Source: an uncultured Chloroflexia bacterium
GTDB taxonomy: Bacteria; Chloroflexota; Chloroflexia; Thermomicrobiales; UBA6265
DNA length: 64,000 nucleotides
Reading direction: 5' to 3'
Assembly: GCA_963724285.1 (NCBI GenBank)
Contig: CAVRUD010000016.1
Coordinates: 21,676 to 85,675, forward strand
The notes under the pieces were generated by a model, which worked only from the letters and a program-made list of their open reading frames with translations, did not search any database and had not been told where the DNA came from. Shown here in pieces: positions 1 through 8,577 of the stretch (within the stretch, counting starts at the first letter, position 1; each line of letters opens with the position of its first letter). The position numbers and the translations under genes were made by a program.

Positions 1-302
1 GCAACGGCCTGAGCAGCCTGCACCTGCCGGTGCCAGACTTTCATGCGCCCAGCCCCGACCAACTGCGCGAGGCGCTGACCTTTATCGACCGGCACCGGTC
101 GGAGGGTCTCGGCGTGGCGGTCCACTGCCGGGCGGGGATGGGCCGGACCGGCACCGTGCTGGCCGCCTACCTGATCCGCGGCGGCGCGACCCCCGACGAC
201 GCTATCCGGGCCGTCCGCGAGGTCTGCCCCCACGCGGTCGAGAGCAAACCCCAGGTCGAGGCGCTCAAGGAGTTTGCGCGGCGGAGGGATTGGTTGGTGT
301 AG
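1..302 (+). CDS. dual-specificity/tyrosine protein phosphatase, 5' end outside window
   Basis: Frame is open back to base 3. Active-site P-loop HCRAGMGRTG (CX5R). Confidence 0.8.
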   Translation, partial: NGLSSLHLPVPDFHAPSPDQLREALTFIDRHRSEGLGVAVHCRAGMGRTGTVLAAYLIRGGATPDDAIRAVREVCPHAVESKPQVEALKEFARRRDWLV

Positions 303-354
303 CCGAACCTGAGAGGTTCCTTCAATGCCGCCGGTCGGTCGTGGACCCCAGGTT

Positions 355-453
355 GATGAAGGTTGCGGAGTTGATTGCGGGTTGTTTGGAGCGACGCCAT
401 CTCCCGTCCCAGCACCGTCCCCAAAAATCGATGATCTATTCCGCAACCTCCAT
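355..453. mobile_element. 97-99 bp TIR (MITE-like) element, copy 1, inverted relative to copy 2
   Basis: Ends ATGAAGGTTGCGGAG...TTCCGCAACCTCCAT. The core reverse-complements onto the core of the copy at 7215-7309. Confidence 0.65.
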
Positions 454-620
454 AAACCTGGCGCCGAACCGACGAAGTCCCTCCGAGACTGGTCCCGAGG
501 GGCAATCTCAGTCGGTTTTGGAAGTCGCTTTGTAGTGGGATGAAGGGGGCGTAGAGTGGCCGATTCGGTAGAATGCGCGCTCGGCTTTGTCCCAGCGGTG
601 GCGGCGATGAGGGTGTCGAT

Positions 621-818
621 TTAGAGCACGTCGTTGATGGCGCTCTTGTGGTCGCGGAACGCCGGAAAGCTCAAAAAGTACTCGATCATTTCCCCGTAGA
701 TGATGCAGCTGGTCGCTGCCTCGTCGCGGTCAATCCAGGGCGAGAGCAAGCGTACGGCATCCGGGCGTCCCCGAAGATACGCAGCAAGCGGAGTCGTGTC
801 GAAGAGATAGCGCCTGAT
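621..818 (-). pseudogene. PIN-domain (VapC-like) N-terminal fragment
   Basis: Translation IRRYLFDTTPLAAYLRGRPDAVRLLSPWIDRDEAATSCIIYGEMIEY... is only about 65 aa. An in-frame TGA lies directly upstream and the ATG is displaced by 1 nt. Confidence 0.4.
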
Positions 819-1086
819 TCATCGTCGTCCCAGGCAAACTCGATGGGGGGTCGGGGTGCGCTCATATCGGATGCGATCCAGGGCATCCAGCCTCTCGTCG
901 CAGTCGATGTCGCCCCACGCGCCGGCCGCCGCTTTCGCCCGCTCGATGTCCTCGCGGGTCACGGAGGCGTCCGCGTCCTCCTCGGTGTAGCAGGGGCGCC
1001 AGCGGGCGGGGTCGCCGCGGTCCGGGATGGAGATGATCGGCTCGTCGTCGAGGGCGGAGACCTCCGGATCGTCGGCGGAGGGCCAT
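819..1086 (-). pseudogene. VapB-like antitoxin remnant, at least 2 frameshifts
   Basis: ...TREDIERAKAAAGAWGDIDCDERLDALDRIRYE then the frame changes at a G6/C6 run (845-850) to ...PPIEFAWDDDE. The ATG at 1084-1086 is out of frame by 1. Confidence 0.3.
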
Positions 1087-1193
1087 GGCGGTGCTCTTAA
1101 CCGGGATGGGCTATGACGACGAGGATACAACGGATGCAGGATGATCGTGTTGGATTGCGTCTAACCGCTCCATAGCCCTAACTTCGTCAGTGG

Positions 1194-2083
1194 CTAAATG
1201 GTCCATCCGGCAAGTCCGGAGTAGCATGGGGCGCGATGAGCGGCGGCCCCCGGGCACCCCCCGCCGACGGCGCGCTGTGACCGAGGCGGCGGCGGCCGGG
1301 CGCCGCGCGCCGGCCCACGTCCTCCAGACCGAGGCCCGCCGTCGCGCGCCCGCCCGGATCGGCTGGCTGGCCCACCAGGGGCGGCGCGCGCCCCAGATCT
1401 CCGCCGCGCGCGGCGGCGGGCCGGCCACCGCCCGGACCCGGGTCACCCGCTTCCCCGCCGCCGGCCGGGCCCTGGACCGGCGGGCGGCGCGCCGCCATGA
1501 GGGGCATAGGGCAGCGCGATCACGCGCGGCCGCCGCGGCGAGATCCTGGCCGCCGAGGGCGTGCGCTGGCGCCGGCAGGGGGACCGGCTCGGCGAGCGGG
1601 CCGTTCCCCGCCCCCGTCCGCACCAGGGGGCGATCGTCGCCCTCGTCGAGGCGCCGCCTGCGGGCTGCGTCGTGATCGGCTGCGCCGCGCCGGGGTCGGC
1701 GGCGGCCACGCGCCTCCCCGGAGCGCGGGCGCGCCGCCCCGACCCGGCCGGGCCCGGCGGGGGAGGGCCACCCAGGCGGCCGCCGACGGCCGCCGGGGCG
1801 AGGGCGCCGTCTTCGCCGCCCGCTCGCCCAGCGGGCGGGGAGGCCCCGACGGCGGCCGTCGACTGGGCGGCTGCGCGCCACGTGGGGCGCCCCACCGGGG
1901 CGGGGCGGGGCCTGGGACGACGGGGCGGCCGCGCGGGGCGACGCGGTCCTCGCCGACCTCCGCGCCCCCCGAGCGCTGGGCGCGCTGCGCGGGGCGCTCG
2001 GGCACCCGCGCCGGGCGTCCGTCGTCCCGCCGGCGTCGTCCGCCCGCCGATGGCCGCATAGACTTGCCGGATGGACCACTTAG
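1194..2083. mobile_element. IR-bounded hyper-GC cassette of unknown nature
   Basis: 23-bp inverted repeats at 1194-1216 and 2061-2083 (1 mismatch). TGG lies on both outer flanks. The interior is about 85% GC and open in all six frames. Confidence 0.4.
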
Positions 2084-2235
2084 TGGACCGTCAACCGTCA
2101 TTTGCCGTTGGGCGCGCCGTTGACGGGGCATCCACGTGCGGCGCCCTGGTCCCAACCGGGACCGTCCCGGCGGGCAAGCCGGGCAGGGCAAGCCCTGCCC
2201 CTACCGGGTGGCGAATCATGCGTGACGGTCCACTA
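2081..2235. repeat. 155-bp unit bounded by a perfect 13-bp IR, containing a GTAG-headed hairpin (2181-2204, minus strand)
   Basis: TAGTGGACCGTCA at 2081-2093 and TGACGGTCCACTA at 2223-2235. Internal GGGCAGGGCAAGCCCTGCCCCTAC. Confidence 0.55.
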
Positions 2236-3306
2236 GGGGGCTTTATTCGGCAACTCGAACCACCCCGCCCCCCCATGCCAGTGCCTTCCCGCCTTGATGT
2301 GGGCGATGACGGCACGTTCCAGGGTGGTGGTCTGGGGATAGGCGTCCAGTGGGAGATCGCTTCGGCCGAAGACGAAGCGCAGGATGGACGCGTCGTTCTC
2401 GTCGAAGCGATAGGCGATCTGGAAACGGTCGATGAACCGGATGATGTTCGAGGTGGTGGGCAGGTACTCGCGCAAGTCGTCGTCCAACATCCACGAGTAG
2501 CAGACCGCGTAGATGAAACGCTCCTCCGGGAAGTACCTGGGAAAGAACTCCATCGCCTGGGCAAACGCGGCGTCGCACGCTGCCGGTTCCATTGGTCCGG
2601 AGAAGCCCGGGATGTGGACCGAGAGGACGTGGTCTTCTGGGCTTGCATCGACGCCGGCAGCCCTCATTCCTGTGCTCGTGGTGTTGCCCAGGCGGCCGCG
2701 CTCAAATTGCAAGCGGCCCAGCTCGAAGAGGGCGCCACGGAGGTGCCGCTCCAGCCACCAGGGATCGGCAACGGCCAGGCTGTCCACCTGACGCCGCCCG
2801 TGTCGCAGGCTGCGGCCGAGGTCGGAAAAGGTCGCCCGGGACACCTCCGCCGGGATACCACGCTCGGCGTGGAACCGGCGCGAAAACGGAAGGGTAGCGA
2901 GGAAAACCCAGGCGTAAAACGCCCTCCCCACCAAGGCCGCCCTGCCCGGCGACACCGGCCAGCGCGGCATCATGGGCCAATTGCTCACCTCGCCCATCCC
3001 GGACACGATCAACCACGCACTGCGTTCCACCAGTTGCCAGAGTTCCGGCGAGCCCTCCAGCACCGCCAACGAGTCGATCAGCTCTGCCGCGTCCTCATCC
3101 GTCACGCCCAACTCGCGCAGGAGTTCGGGAAGTTCCGACCGGGTCGGGAGCACGAATTCGACCGGCGGATCGCCCCCTGCATCGAGCGAATCGAGCCAGG
3201 TCGAGGTCTCCTCCGTCGCGCGCAGGGTGTCAAATACGGCAGCCAGATCGATGTCGCCACCATTGTGGCGGTCCTTGGCCCGGAAATTACTCACCGACGG
3301 CGCCAT
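2233..3306 (-). CDS. acyltransferase-like protein (NAT_N / GNAT_C-type architecture)
   Basis: Motif block SVHIPGFSGPMEPAACDAAFAQAMEFFPRYFPE...CYSWMLDDDL...SNIIRF. Start chosen at MAPSVSNF; the ORF extends to 3375. Confidence 0.6.
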   Translation of the reverse strand: MAPSVSNFRAKDRHNGGDIDLAAVFDTLRATEETSTWLDSLDAGGDPPVEFVLPTRSELPELLRELGVTDEDAAELIDSLAVLEGSPELWQLVERSAWLIVSGMGEVSNWPMMPRWPVSPGRAALVGRAFYAWVFLATLPFSRRFHAERGIPAEVSRATFSDLGRSLRHGRRQVDSLAVADPWWLERHLRGALFELGRLQFERGRLGNTTSTGMRAAGVDASPEDHVLSVHIPGFSGPMEPAACDAAFAQAMEFFPRYFPEERFIYAVCYSWMLDDDLREYLPTTSNIIRFIDRFQIAYRFDENDASILRFVFGRSDLPLDAYPQTTTLERAVIAHIKAGRHWHGGAGWFELPNKAP

Positions 3307-3802
3307 CGATGCCCTCGCGGATGAAATCGGCGTGGCCGTTGTGCCGGGCCAGTTCTTCCAGCATGTGAAAGGCAATCCATCGCAGCGTCAACCCTGCCTG
3401 ACCCGGACCGGCGCCCTTGGCCAGATCGTCCAGGTCGGCCGCGTTCAGGATGGCGCGCGCCTGCGTCGCTTCGGCGTCGGAGAAGGCGAGCACGTCGGCG
3501 GTGGTCTCCTCCGGCTCGATCCGCCAGTACCGGTTGGGATCGTCCGGATCCCAGAAGTGGGCCAGATCCTCGCCCATGAAGCACTCGCGCCACCAGGAGC
3601 GCTCGACGTCGGCGATGTGCTTGGTCAGACCGAGCAGACTCATCCCGGACGGCTGATGCGGCTGGCGCAATTGCTCGTCGGTCAGGCCCGCCAACTTGCA
3701 GCGCAGGGTCGCGCGGTGCCAATCGAGGAACGCCGCCAGCATCTCCTTTTCGGTGCCGGCCTCGGGCGGATCGATCCGGCTGCAATTCTCCAGCATTGCC
3801 AT
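3287..3802 (-). CDS. DinB family protein (DUF664-like)
   Basis: 171-aa ORF with LAAFLDWHRATL...HIADVERSWW...LEELARHNGHADFIRE. Confidence 0.85.
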   Translation of the reverse strand: MAMLENCSRIDPPEAGTEKEMLAAFLDWHRATLRCKLAGLTDEQLRQPHQPSGMSLLGLTKHIADVERSWWRECFMGEDLAHFWDPDDPNRYWRIEPEETTADVLAFSDAEATQARAILNAADLDDLAKGAGPGQAGLTLRWIAFHMLEELARHNGHADFIREGIDGAVGE

Positions 3803-3914
3803 CGTGGATCCGTCTCCTTGTCGTTGATCGCGGGCATCGTACGCGCCGGGCCAGTCGCGGCCACATGATGCGGGCTGCGGCTCCAGCCGTGCGAGTGCGC
3901 CGGGCAGGATCGGC

Positions 3915-5183
3915 TCAGGCTGGTGCGACTCCGGGGTCGGGCATGGTGTCCGGCACCTCCTTCAGCGCTCGGACTGGCGAAAGGTACAGGATCGCGAAGC
4001 CGATCTGGAGCCCGACGGCGCCGACAATGAGCGTCGGGCGCAGACCGATCAGGTCGCCCAGGAATCCACCGGCCAGAGCGCCAACCGGCGCGAGGCCGAG
4101 GGTCACGACGCGCATCGTGCCGTTGACCCTGCCCAGCAGGCGGTCCGGGGTGATGGCCTGGCGGAGGCTGATCTGGTTGATTGCCGTCACCGGCCCGCCG
4201 AGCGTCGCGACGATCCGGGCAACCGTCAGCATGGCGACGGCGACGACGACCGGGCCGGTCACGAGCGGCACGAGCAGAAACGCCGCATCGTTGACGAAGG
4301 CGCCCCAGACGATCGCCGGGCCGATCCCGATCCTGTCGGCCACCCAGCGGGCCGCGAGGGCTGCCACGGGGAGCCCCAATGCGCCGACGCCAAAGATGAT
4401 CCCCAGCGCCGCCGGGGGGACATCGAGTTCCCGCGTCACGAACAGCAGGTAGACCGCGCTGAACATCCCGGCGAACAGGTTGTAGACGCCGAGCGAGCTT
4501 CCCATTGTCCTGAGCAGGGGGGACAGCGCGATGACGCCGATCCCTTCCCGCACATCGGCGAGGAGGCTGCGCCGGGGTCCGGAACGCTCGGGTCGCGTCT
4601 CGACCGTGCGGATACGCCCAAGGGCAAACGCGGAGAGGACGAAGGAGACGGCGTCGATCAGGATCGCGATCGGGGCGGTAAAGACCTGCACGATCAGGCC
4701 GGCGAGGCCCGGACCCAGGATCATGGCGCCGGATCGGCTGAACTCCAGCTTGCTGTTGCCCTCGACGAGTTGCTCACGACGCACGATCGAGGGGAGGAAG
4801 GAGGCATGGGCAACGTCGAAGAAGGTGGTCAGCACCCCGGAGAGGAAGGCGACGAGGCAGAGGTACCAGACCGACAGCCAATCGAGCAGGTAGACGGCCG
4901 GGACCGAGCCGAGAATGGCGGCCCGGCCGAAATCGGCGGCGATCAGGATCGGACGGCGCCGGGTCCGGTCTATCAGGACGCCCGCGAAGAGGCCGACCGC
5001 CAGGGCGGGCACGGTCCCGGCGGCGGCAAGGAGGCCCATCTGGACGCCGGAGGCATCGAGCGTCACCACCGCGGTCAGCGGCAGGGCGAGGAGCGTGACC
5101 TCGGAACCGAAGAACGAGAGCGTCTGGCCCGTCCAAAACCGGCGGAAATCGGGATGCCGCCGGAGGCTCTCGTTCGGGGTCGA
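3915..5183 (-). CDS. MFS transporter
   Basis: 12-TM-like hydrophobic pattern. N-terminus RRHPDFRRFWTGQTLSFFGSEVTLLALPL. GTG start inferred; the ORF extends to 5270. Confidence 0.85.
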   Translation of the reverse strand, partial: STPNESLRRHPDFRRFWTGQTLSFFGSEVTLLALPLTAVVTLDASGVQMGLLAAAGTVPALAVGLFAGVLIDRTRRRPILIAADFGRAAILGSVPAVYLLDWLSVWYLCLVAFLSGVLTTFFDVAHASFLPSIVRREQLVEGNSKLEFSRSGAMILGPGLAGLIVQVFTAPIAILIDAVSFVLSAFALGRIRTVETRPERSGPRRSLLADVREGIGVIALSPLLRTMGSSLGVYNLFAGMFSAVYLLFVTRELDVPPAALGIIFGVGALGLPVAALAARWVADRIGIGPAIVWGAFVNDAAFLLVPLVTGPVVVAVAMLTVARIVATLGGPVTAINQISLRQAITPDRLLGRVNGTMRVVTLGLAPVGALAGGFLGDLIGLRPTLIVGAVGLQIGFAILYLSPVRALKEVPDTMPDPGVAPA

Positions 5184-5379
5184 CACGCGCGTCCCTCCCG
5201 GGAATGGACCGGGGTACGCTCTGCCCACACATCGCCCCGCCCATTCGTGATTGATTTCACAATACCACAATGACAGATTGCCTCGTCCCCAAGCGGACCA
5301 AGCCGCCGGTGAGGATCGGCCGCCCGAACGACGTTGTGCGGGCGTATCTGAGCCTGTCCTCGATTGAAGGGATTGCCCG

Positions 5380-5784
5380 TTATCGTGGGGGCGCAGGTAC
5401 CTCCGGCAGGAGCGCCAGGAACGACGTCACGCGGATCCGGTCCAGGACCCAGCGCACCGGCGCTGGCAGGGTTGGGGCGGCTTCCGCCGGGCCGATCAGC
5501 CGGGGCGCGGTCAGTGAGACGCGACGACCCGCCCGTTCCAGCTCGCAGCTCTCCGCGGCCAGGACATTCTTGACCCACTGCGCGTCCGGGCCGTAGGTGA
5601 GGGCCACCACGTAGCCGCCGGTGGCGCGGTTGGGGAAGGCCATGATCGGCGTGCGGTAGACCGTGCCGGAGCGTCGCCCCTGGTGGCGGACGATCGCAAA
5701 CGGCGGAATGCGCCCGGCGACCGTCCGGGCGATCGGGTTGGTGACGTGGCGGTTGAAGCGTGCCAGGCGCTGCGGGAGTGGCAT
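5380..5784 (-). CDS. deazaflavin(F420)-dependent nitroreductase family protein (DDN/PNPOx-like)
   Basis: FNRHVTNPIARTVAGRIPPFAIVRHQGRRSGTVYRTPIMAF. The start overlaps the stop of the upstream MFS gene (ATCA/ATGA junction at 5782-5786). Confidence 0.8.
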   Translation of the reverse strand: MPLPQRLARFNRHVTNPIARTVAGRIPPFAIVRHQGRRSGTVYRTPIMAFPNRATGGYVVALTYGPDAQWVKNVLAAESCELERAGRRVSLTAPRLIGPAEAAPTLPAPVRWVLDRIRVTSFLALLPEVPAPPR

Positions 5785-7026
5785 CAGGCAGGGACCTCCA
5801 GTCCGGACAGGCTCGGTTCTTCGGTTCGTTCGAACCCGATGACGCGGTCGACCACGATGAAGGCTATCAGGGTCAGGATGAGCAAGGCGGCCGCGCCGCG
5901 GAAGAGCCCGACCGTGCCGATGGAATCGAGGAGGAGGCCGCCCAGGAGCGACCCGGTGATGCTGCCGAACCCGAACGACATCGCCGCCAGCAGGGCCTGG
6001 GCGGTGGCCGCCTGTTCCCGGCCCGCCAGGCGGTACGCCAGGGTCACCGAGGCGATCAAGAAGGCGCCGTAGGACAGGCCGTGGAGGAGCTGGACCGGCA
6101 GGATCCACTTCGGGTCGGTGATCAGGGCGAAGGCGAGAAAGCGGAAGGCGTAGACCGCGATCGCCAGGGCGATCATCCGGACCGGGCCAAACTTGACGAT
6201 GAACCAGCCGCCAAAGGCGACGATCGGCAGTTCGCTGGTCGAGGACAGCGCCGCCGCGAATCCGATGAGGCTGGCGGAACCACCCAACTCCTCGATGTGG
6301 ATCCCGAGGAAGCCGTACATCGTCGCCACGCTGACGGACATGCAGTAGGTGATCGCCAGCAGCGCCATCAGGGGCCGGTTAGCGGTGGCCGATCCCAGGC
6401 CGCCGAGGACAGTCCGGGCGGTGCGCTCGCCCAGGGCAGGCAACCCGAGGGTCGAGAGCACCCCGAACCCCAGGCAAACGACGTGGGCAAAGAAGATGAG
6501 CCGGGTGACATCGTCGCCCATCAGCCAGCCGACCAGCAGCACGCTGGCCGTATACCCGATCGATCCCCAGACCCGCAGGCGCCCGTATGAGGTGCCCAAC
6601 CGGTCACTGACCGTGACGCCGTACGCGTCGAACGTCGGAGCAATCGGAGCCTCGAGAAAGGCCAGCATCGCGATGAGCGGCAAGAGCAGCAGGAACGTCT
6701 CGGGCAGGCTGGCTGCCAAGCAGACGACCGCGGCGCCACCCAACCCCACCCGGAGTACGAACCGGTGCTTCGAGCGGGAATCGGAAAATGCCCCCCAGAT
6801 TGGCCCGGAGAGGGCGACCCCCAGGGCGGGGAGCGCGGACCAGCACCCCGATCTGCCAGCCGCTGAACCCGAGATCCCGGTAATAGAGCGCGGTAAAGGG
6901 GAGAAAGGCGCCGGTTCCCCCAAAAATCCAGAAATACCCGGAACTGACCCAGCGCCCCGCCCGGCGCCAATCGGCCGCGCTCGCCTCGTCCGCCACGGCC
7001 GTCTCATCGTCCGCCAGACCTGCCAC
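5784..7026 (-). CDS. MFS transporter (MFS_1_like type), frameshifted near 6840
   Basis: N-terminus YFWIFGGTGAFLPFTALYYRDLGFSGWQIGVL lies in one frame and the rest, ALPALGVALSGPIWGAFSDSR..., in another. Confidence 0.75.
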
Positions 7027-7032
7027 CCAGGT

Positions 7033-7098
7033 TCGGTCCCTTCCCTCGTCTCAACGCATCACCGCCGGGGACCTGGTCAGGCCTCCGGCGGTGCATCG
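7033..7098 (+). repeat. about 66-nt repeat with 11-13 bp hairpin, copy A
   Basis: About 80% identical to 7551-7617. Stem differences are compensatory. Confidence 0.6.
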
Positions 7099-7214
7099 TG
7101 CGGCTTGAACGGGTGCGTGCGCAAGAGCCCGGCCAATGCGCTCGGCGTCAACGTGAACTGTGGAGGGAACCGCACCCTGGATGCAGCACGCTCCATCTGT
7201 CCGCGTGTTTTTTT

Positions 7215-7309
7215 ATGGAGGTTGCGGAACTGATCGCGGGCTTTCGGGAGCGGTGATGGGACGGGACATGCCGGCTCCGCTTCCGCCCGATCAATTCCGC
7301 AACCTCCAT
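7215..7309. mobile_element. 97-bp TIR (MITE-like) element, copy 2
   Basis: ATGGAGGTTGCGGAACTGATCGCGGGC...GCCCGATCAATTCCGCAACCTCCAT, a 25-bp TIR with 1 mismatch and 1 indel. Confidence 0.7.
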
Positions 7310-7453
7310 CAGACAGCACGTGCTCTCAACACCGTTCTGATGTCGGGGAATGTAGTCCTCTACGATCCCACCGACCAGCCCTGGGCCGAGCGCCTCGCCT
7401 ATGCCCTCGATCCCATGGGCAACCCCATCCACATCACCGCACCGATTGGGTAA
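7310..7453 (+). pseudogene. VOC/glyoxalase family C-terminal fragment
   Basis: ...GNVVLYDPTDQPWAERLAYALDPMGNPIHITAPIG*. No intact N-terminal half is present; it lies directly downstream of the TIR element. Confidence 0.5.
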
Positions 7454-7550
7454 GCGCTGGCCCTCATCCGCGTCCGGCTGGAAGCCAATCGGCAGCGTTG
7501 GCTTCGTCCCTCACAGCCGTCTCGTCACCTACCAAACCCGCCTCCTAAGC

Positions 7551-7617
7551 TCGGTCCCTTCCTTGACAATCAACGAATCACCGTCGGAGACCTGATCGGG
7601 CCTCCGACGGTGATTCG
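7551..7617 (+). repeat. about 66-nt repeat with 13-bp perfect hairpin, copy B
   Basis: ATCACCGTCGGAG (7577-7589), a 12-nt loop, then CTCCGACGGTGAT (7602-7614). Confidence 0.6.
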
Positions 7618-7681
7618 GGCCGCCTGGCGGATGCCGGCGTTAGGGCAACGCCCGCGTCCAGTGGCCGTCAGTTCCTCCTGT

Positions 7682-8339
7682 CTACCGCTTCAAAGAGAAG
7701 ATTCCCTGGATTCCAGCGAGGAGCGCCCCGGCGAAACTGGCGATCGTCATCACCTGAAGTCCCCAGCCGACGCGGGCCAGAACCCCGAAGTCCAGATCGT
7801 CCTCGTTCGAGGTGGCCAGAAGGTCATTGAGGTCGCTCCAATCTGCCGCGCCGATGATGCCGGAGAGCAGGAACGCGGCCGTCGCCAGGAATGCCGTCCA
7901 GGTCGGATGCGACCTCGCGAACAGGTGGACCGCCAGCAGCACCATCGCGCCCAGCCCGCACCCGAGCGTGATCTTGCCGTCGCCATCCATCCCGTTGACC
8001 TCGACCGTGCCGAAGAAGACGCTCACGGTCACCCAGGGTGAGAACGAACCGACAATCACCAGGATCGCCGCCCCAATGCCAAGAAACCCTGCGATCCGGT
8101 TCGGTGGCTCGGGCTCGGCATTGGTTTGATTGGGCGGGAACGACCTCCAGTCCGATAGGGGTACCGCCACCCGCGGAGCGGGCGAACCCAAAGACCGAGA
8201 AGAGGTCGATGATGCCGGCGTGCTGGCTGGCTGGTCCGCTCCGATGGTTTCAGGGGCATCCTCGGCCTGGCTCTTGCCGCAGGCGAAGCAAAACCCGGCA
8301 TTCTCAGGCGAGCTTCGTCCCACAGTTCCAACAATACAC
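7682..8339 (-). CDS. zinc-ribbon domain membrane protein, frameshift near 8308
   Basis: The GTG at 8337-8339 gives VYCWNCGTKLA, then a frame change gives PENAGFCFACG (CxxC...CxxC). The C-terminal half has 4 TM-like segments. Confidence 0.6.
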
Positions 8340-8577
8340 TTCAAGACTCCTCGGCCGGGCCGCACGCGCCCTCGGTCGAGACGAGCGGAAGCCAATCGCT
8401 CATCCCGCCAGGAAATCGGGCCACACGTTCTGTTCGGACCTTTCCGGGAATGGTACGGCAGGTCCACGTGGTCGTGTCGCGTGCCTGGCGATGGCCGTAC
8501 AATCCCCGCACGATCCATTGACATGTTGGAACCGCCAGCTTCGGCGCAGCCGCGCACCACCGGAGGCATCCATCCCG

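Noticed and set aside
1111-2191. Seven overlapping ORFs (106-322 aa) in the track across the hyper-GC region
   Set aside because: All six frames are open because stop codons are nearly absent at about 85% GC. The products are Arg/Ala/Pro/Gly low-complexity sequences with no recognisable family. I report the region as an element and call none of these frames a gene.
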